Positions 61,236 to 64,000 of a stretch of DNA of 64,000 nt are shown here, in pieces. The first letter of the stretch is position 1. The number at the start of each line of letters is the position of its first letter. This DNA is from Pavona decussata. Taxonomy: Eukaryota. The stretch spans positions 248,001-312,000 of the forward strand of contig CDRNST010000287.1 of the NCBI GenBank assembly GCA_977016875.1. Reading direction: 5' to 3'. The position numbers and the translations under genes were made by a program. The notes under the pieces are model-generated. The model was not told the origin of the DNA. It searched no databases and worked only from the letters and a program-made list of their open reading frames with translations.

Positions 61236-63431
61236 CGTTTTTGCAATCAAGTGTATACTAAAGTAACTGTTTTATGTAACTAAATTTTGTGAAAAATCTC
61301 GTTATATAATTCTCTGGATATAATGCTGCTAAACTGTTTTTTTGCCAGTCCAAAAATTGTGTATACAGTCGACTCCCGACCACTCGAACCTTTGCTAACT
61401 CGAACCAATTTTCCTCTACCTTTAGATCATTTTCTATAAAATTTTACCCTCCATAACTCGAGCTCTAGATAACTCGAACCTTTCAATTTTCCTTGGAGGT
61501 TCTAGTTATTGGGAATTGACTGTATATACCTCTTACTAAGCATACTTTAAACTTACAATACAGACCGAGAACAAGAGGTTAGTAACTTTTATTTATAGGG
61601 GACCCTAAGCACCGACATTTGAAGCCACAGACAGCAACCGGAAGTCGAATGTTTTCGTTTATGACGTGGTTTTGCTCCTTACAACGGAGAGGAAATGTTC
61701 TTGTTGATAGCTTCACGTTACAAACCCCATGACATGAAAATGCTCCAAAAGGGGAGAAATTCAATTTCCGGTTGCCGTCCGCGGCTCAAAAACGCCTGGT
61801 TCAGAGCCCTATTGTAAATCTGGGTGTTAATCGGGCGCCCGGGAAATGAACAAAATTTCCAATTTATCTGGCCCTAAAATTGACTAATCATACCGCACGT
61901 ACTAACTGTGAAATATGATGGAAAACTTTAACAACCGGGCCACACAAATGTGATTGAAGCCCTGTTGTGTATTTCTAACTGTATCACTTCTACCAACCTA
62001 AACACCGCCTTGATTGGAAACAAAGGGGTCTCTTTTGTTTTCTACCATAGTTGTGAATGATACTAAATGATCTCTGATTTTTGTGTTTCTTCCTTTTTTT
62101 CAGTTGGGGTATCTACCATTAACATTGTACCTCCAAATGGACAATTGTTTCCGGGAAAACAAAAACAAATTTGTAATCAGTTTCTTGTGCATCTTGGTGG
62201 AGATGTACATTTTTGACAAAGTAATGAACGCTCATCTAAATCAGCGCAAACCCTACTCCGTGAAAAATATTGATTTACCATCACACTGACTCTTCTTTTC
62301 ACTACTTCTTCCTCCCTGTCATTTTGTACGTATCAGTCGTGTAGATTAATTTTTAAACTTTCAAAAGTCAAGTTATTTACAAGCGGTCAAGAAAACAGTA
62401 ACTGCGTAAAAATATACCAGAGTCATATATAAATTAAACCAATCACACAGAAATATTTATATAACTGCAGGTAGTGTATAATGTAACTGATGGTGGCATT
62501 CAAACTTGCCAATACATCTTTTCCAAACTAAAATATGTTCTCTGTTGCGATCTGAATTAGTAAATACATCAGATCTATTTTAAACTTATATTTGGCGCAA
62601 AACAAACTATGTTATTTTGTTTGTTTTTCAGATCAAATTGTGTTTCCTCCTAGTCAGGCACACCCACAAAGACATCGATCAGATGTTCACGTGTTTTGCC
62701 AGACGACTCGCCAAACAAGATGCACACATAAAGGTGGACCTTTCAAACGTGATGGAAAGCAGGTACACCGCAAGGGTCTCTATGAAACCTTTGTCTACCG
62801 CCGTGAATGTGAAAGATTGGATGGGTGAAGTATGTAACGACATGAGTGGTCACGTCTTCCAGCACCAATTCAAGATTGTACGAAACAAAGAAGGGAAGGC
62901 AGAGGTGATTTACAAAAAATGGCCTGCAAGCGAGAAATGGCTGCCGGAAGGAAAGAGTGGGATTAATGTCATCGATGGTATTCCCACTGGCGATCCCGAG
63001 ATATTGCCTCCCCGAATCGATAACATTAATCTCAACAGAATTGAAGAAGACCTGCCCAAATTCCAGATAAAGTTTGATGAAGCAACTGAGAAGTGGTAAA
63101 CAGACTTCATCGAGGCACAGAGGAGAAGAGAAACAGAAACACCAAATCTTCAATGGTTGTTGCCCACGCCAATCCCTTCTAAAGCAGCTAATTTCAGCGA
63201 AGTACCCTCGTCAACATCATCAGAAATTGAAGGATTGCCAACAAATAACCAAAGAGAAGTGGAGGTGAGGATAATAAAAGATGCGTTATGTATGCTGAAA
63301 CTAAGGTCATACATTTGGGTTACTTCTACGGCGAAAAATATTACTTACAGTCAAACCGGATGTTCTTTTCCTTGCAACTTTGCAAACTTCCGTCGCAATG
63401 TTGGTATTTTGATTGGCAGTTTGCTCAGAAC

Positions 63432-64000
63432 AATTTGCAACTGGCGCGATCAATTTGCAACCGTTGCGAACAAATTGTAATTTTCAGTTCCGGTTCACTG
63501 TTGGACTATCTCTGAAGCATTTCAACCGGCGCTAAAAAAAATACGGTCAAGATTGGCTTGTATCAATTGTAGAAAAACGACCTCGGTTCAAAAAGGGAGG
63601 AAATTTCGCCCTTGAGATCGTCTGCTGGAAGAAATTTGCAACTGGCGCGATCAAATTGCAACCGTCGTGAACAAATTGTAATTTTCAGTTCCGCTTCACT
63701 GTTGAACGATCTCTGAAGCATTTCAACCGGCACTAAAAAAAATACGGTCAAGATTGGGTTGTATCAATTGTAGAAAAATGACTTCGGTTCAAAAAGGAGG
63801 AAATTTTGCCCTTGGGATCGTCTGCTGGAAGAAATTTGCAACTGGCGCGATCAATTTGCAACCGGCGCGAACAAATTCTAATTTTCAGTTCCTGTTCACT
63901 GTTGGACTGTCTAGCGCGCGATCTGTGAAACATTTCAACCGGCGCTAAAAAATGGCTTATATCAATTGCAGAAAAACGACTTCGGTTGAAAAAAGGGAGG
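63432..64000. repeat. ~200-bp tandem satellite, about 2.8 units, running off the window end
   Basis: aatttgcaactggcgcgatc recurs at 63432, 63633 and 63833. Confidence 0.95.

Larger units (their letters stand above)
57264..62960 (+). repeat. Segmental duplication copy 2
   Basis: Colinear with 1-5354. Confidence 0.97.
58942..63264 (+). pseudogene. Intron-containing DUF7869 (Sola-like) transposase, copy 2, more complete
   Basis: Exons with FTKCTLC, IDGMDQ, HDSNLT, LYLQMDNCFRENKNKFV (62104-62220), HTHKDIDQMF and a C-terminal continuation. Confidence 0.78.

Noticed and set aside
63432-64000. Regularly spaced repeats as a CRISPR array
   Set aside because: Whole 200-bp units repeat with no unique spacers; no cas genes; eukaryotic context

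Overview
AT-rich eukaryotic DNA with spliceosomal (GT..AG) introns, made up almost entirely of nested and decayed transposable elements. The repeat landscape suggests a marine invertebrate, probably an anthozoan/stony coral (inference). No intact host gene, rRNA, tRNA or CRISPR array is evident. Main contents: (i) a ~5.4-5.7 kb block present twice (1-5354 and 57264-62960). It carries a truncated P-element-like transposase (ubiquitin-like and THAP-like N-terminus visible upstream of copy 2) joined to an intron-rich DUF7869/Sola-like transposase. (ii) Two tyrosine-recombinase (DIRS-class) retrotransposons: an Ngaro-like element (5354-9588) and an element with MTase and ALOG-domain integrase (~50880-56581) interrupted by a Harbinger deletion derivative. 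(iii) A 2xCCHC-YqaJ exonuclease ORF (~11160-12542). (iv) An AcademH-like element (16981-28312) with two divergent DUF6589 transposase genes in tandem and a convergent RecQ helicase. (v) LINE, Penelope-like (with hammerhead motifs), BEL/Pao and further Sola-like remnants, many MITEs and two tandem arrays. Almost every independent TE coding fragment lies on the + strand, as expected for a uni-strand piRNA-cluster-like locus. All family assignments come from motif recognition by eye, not database searches.
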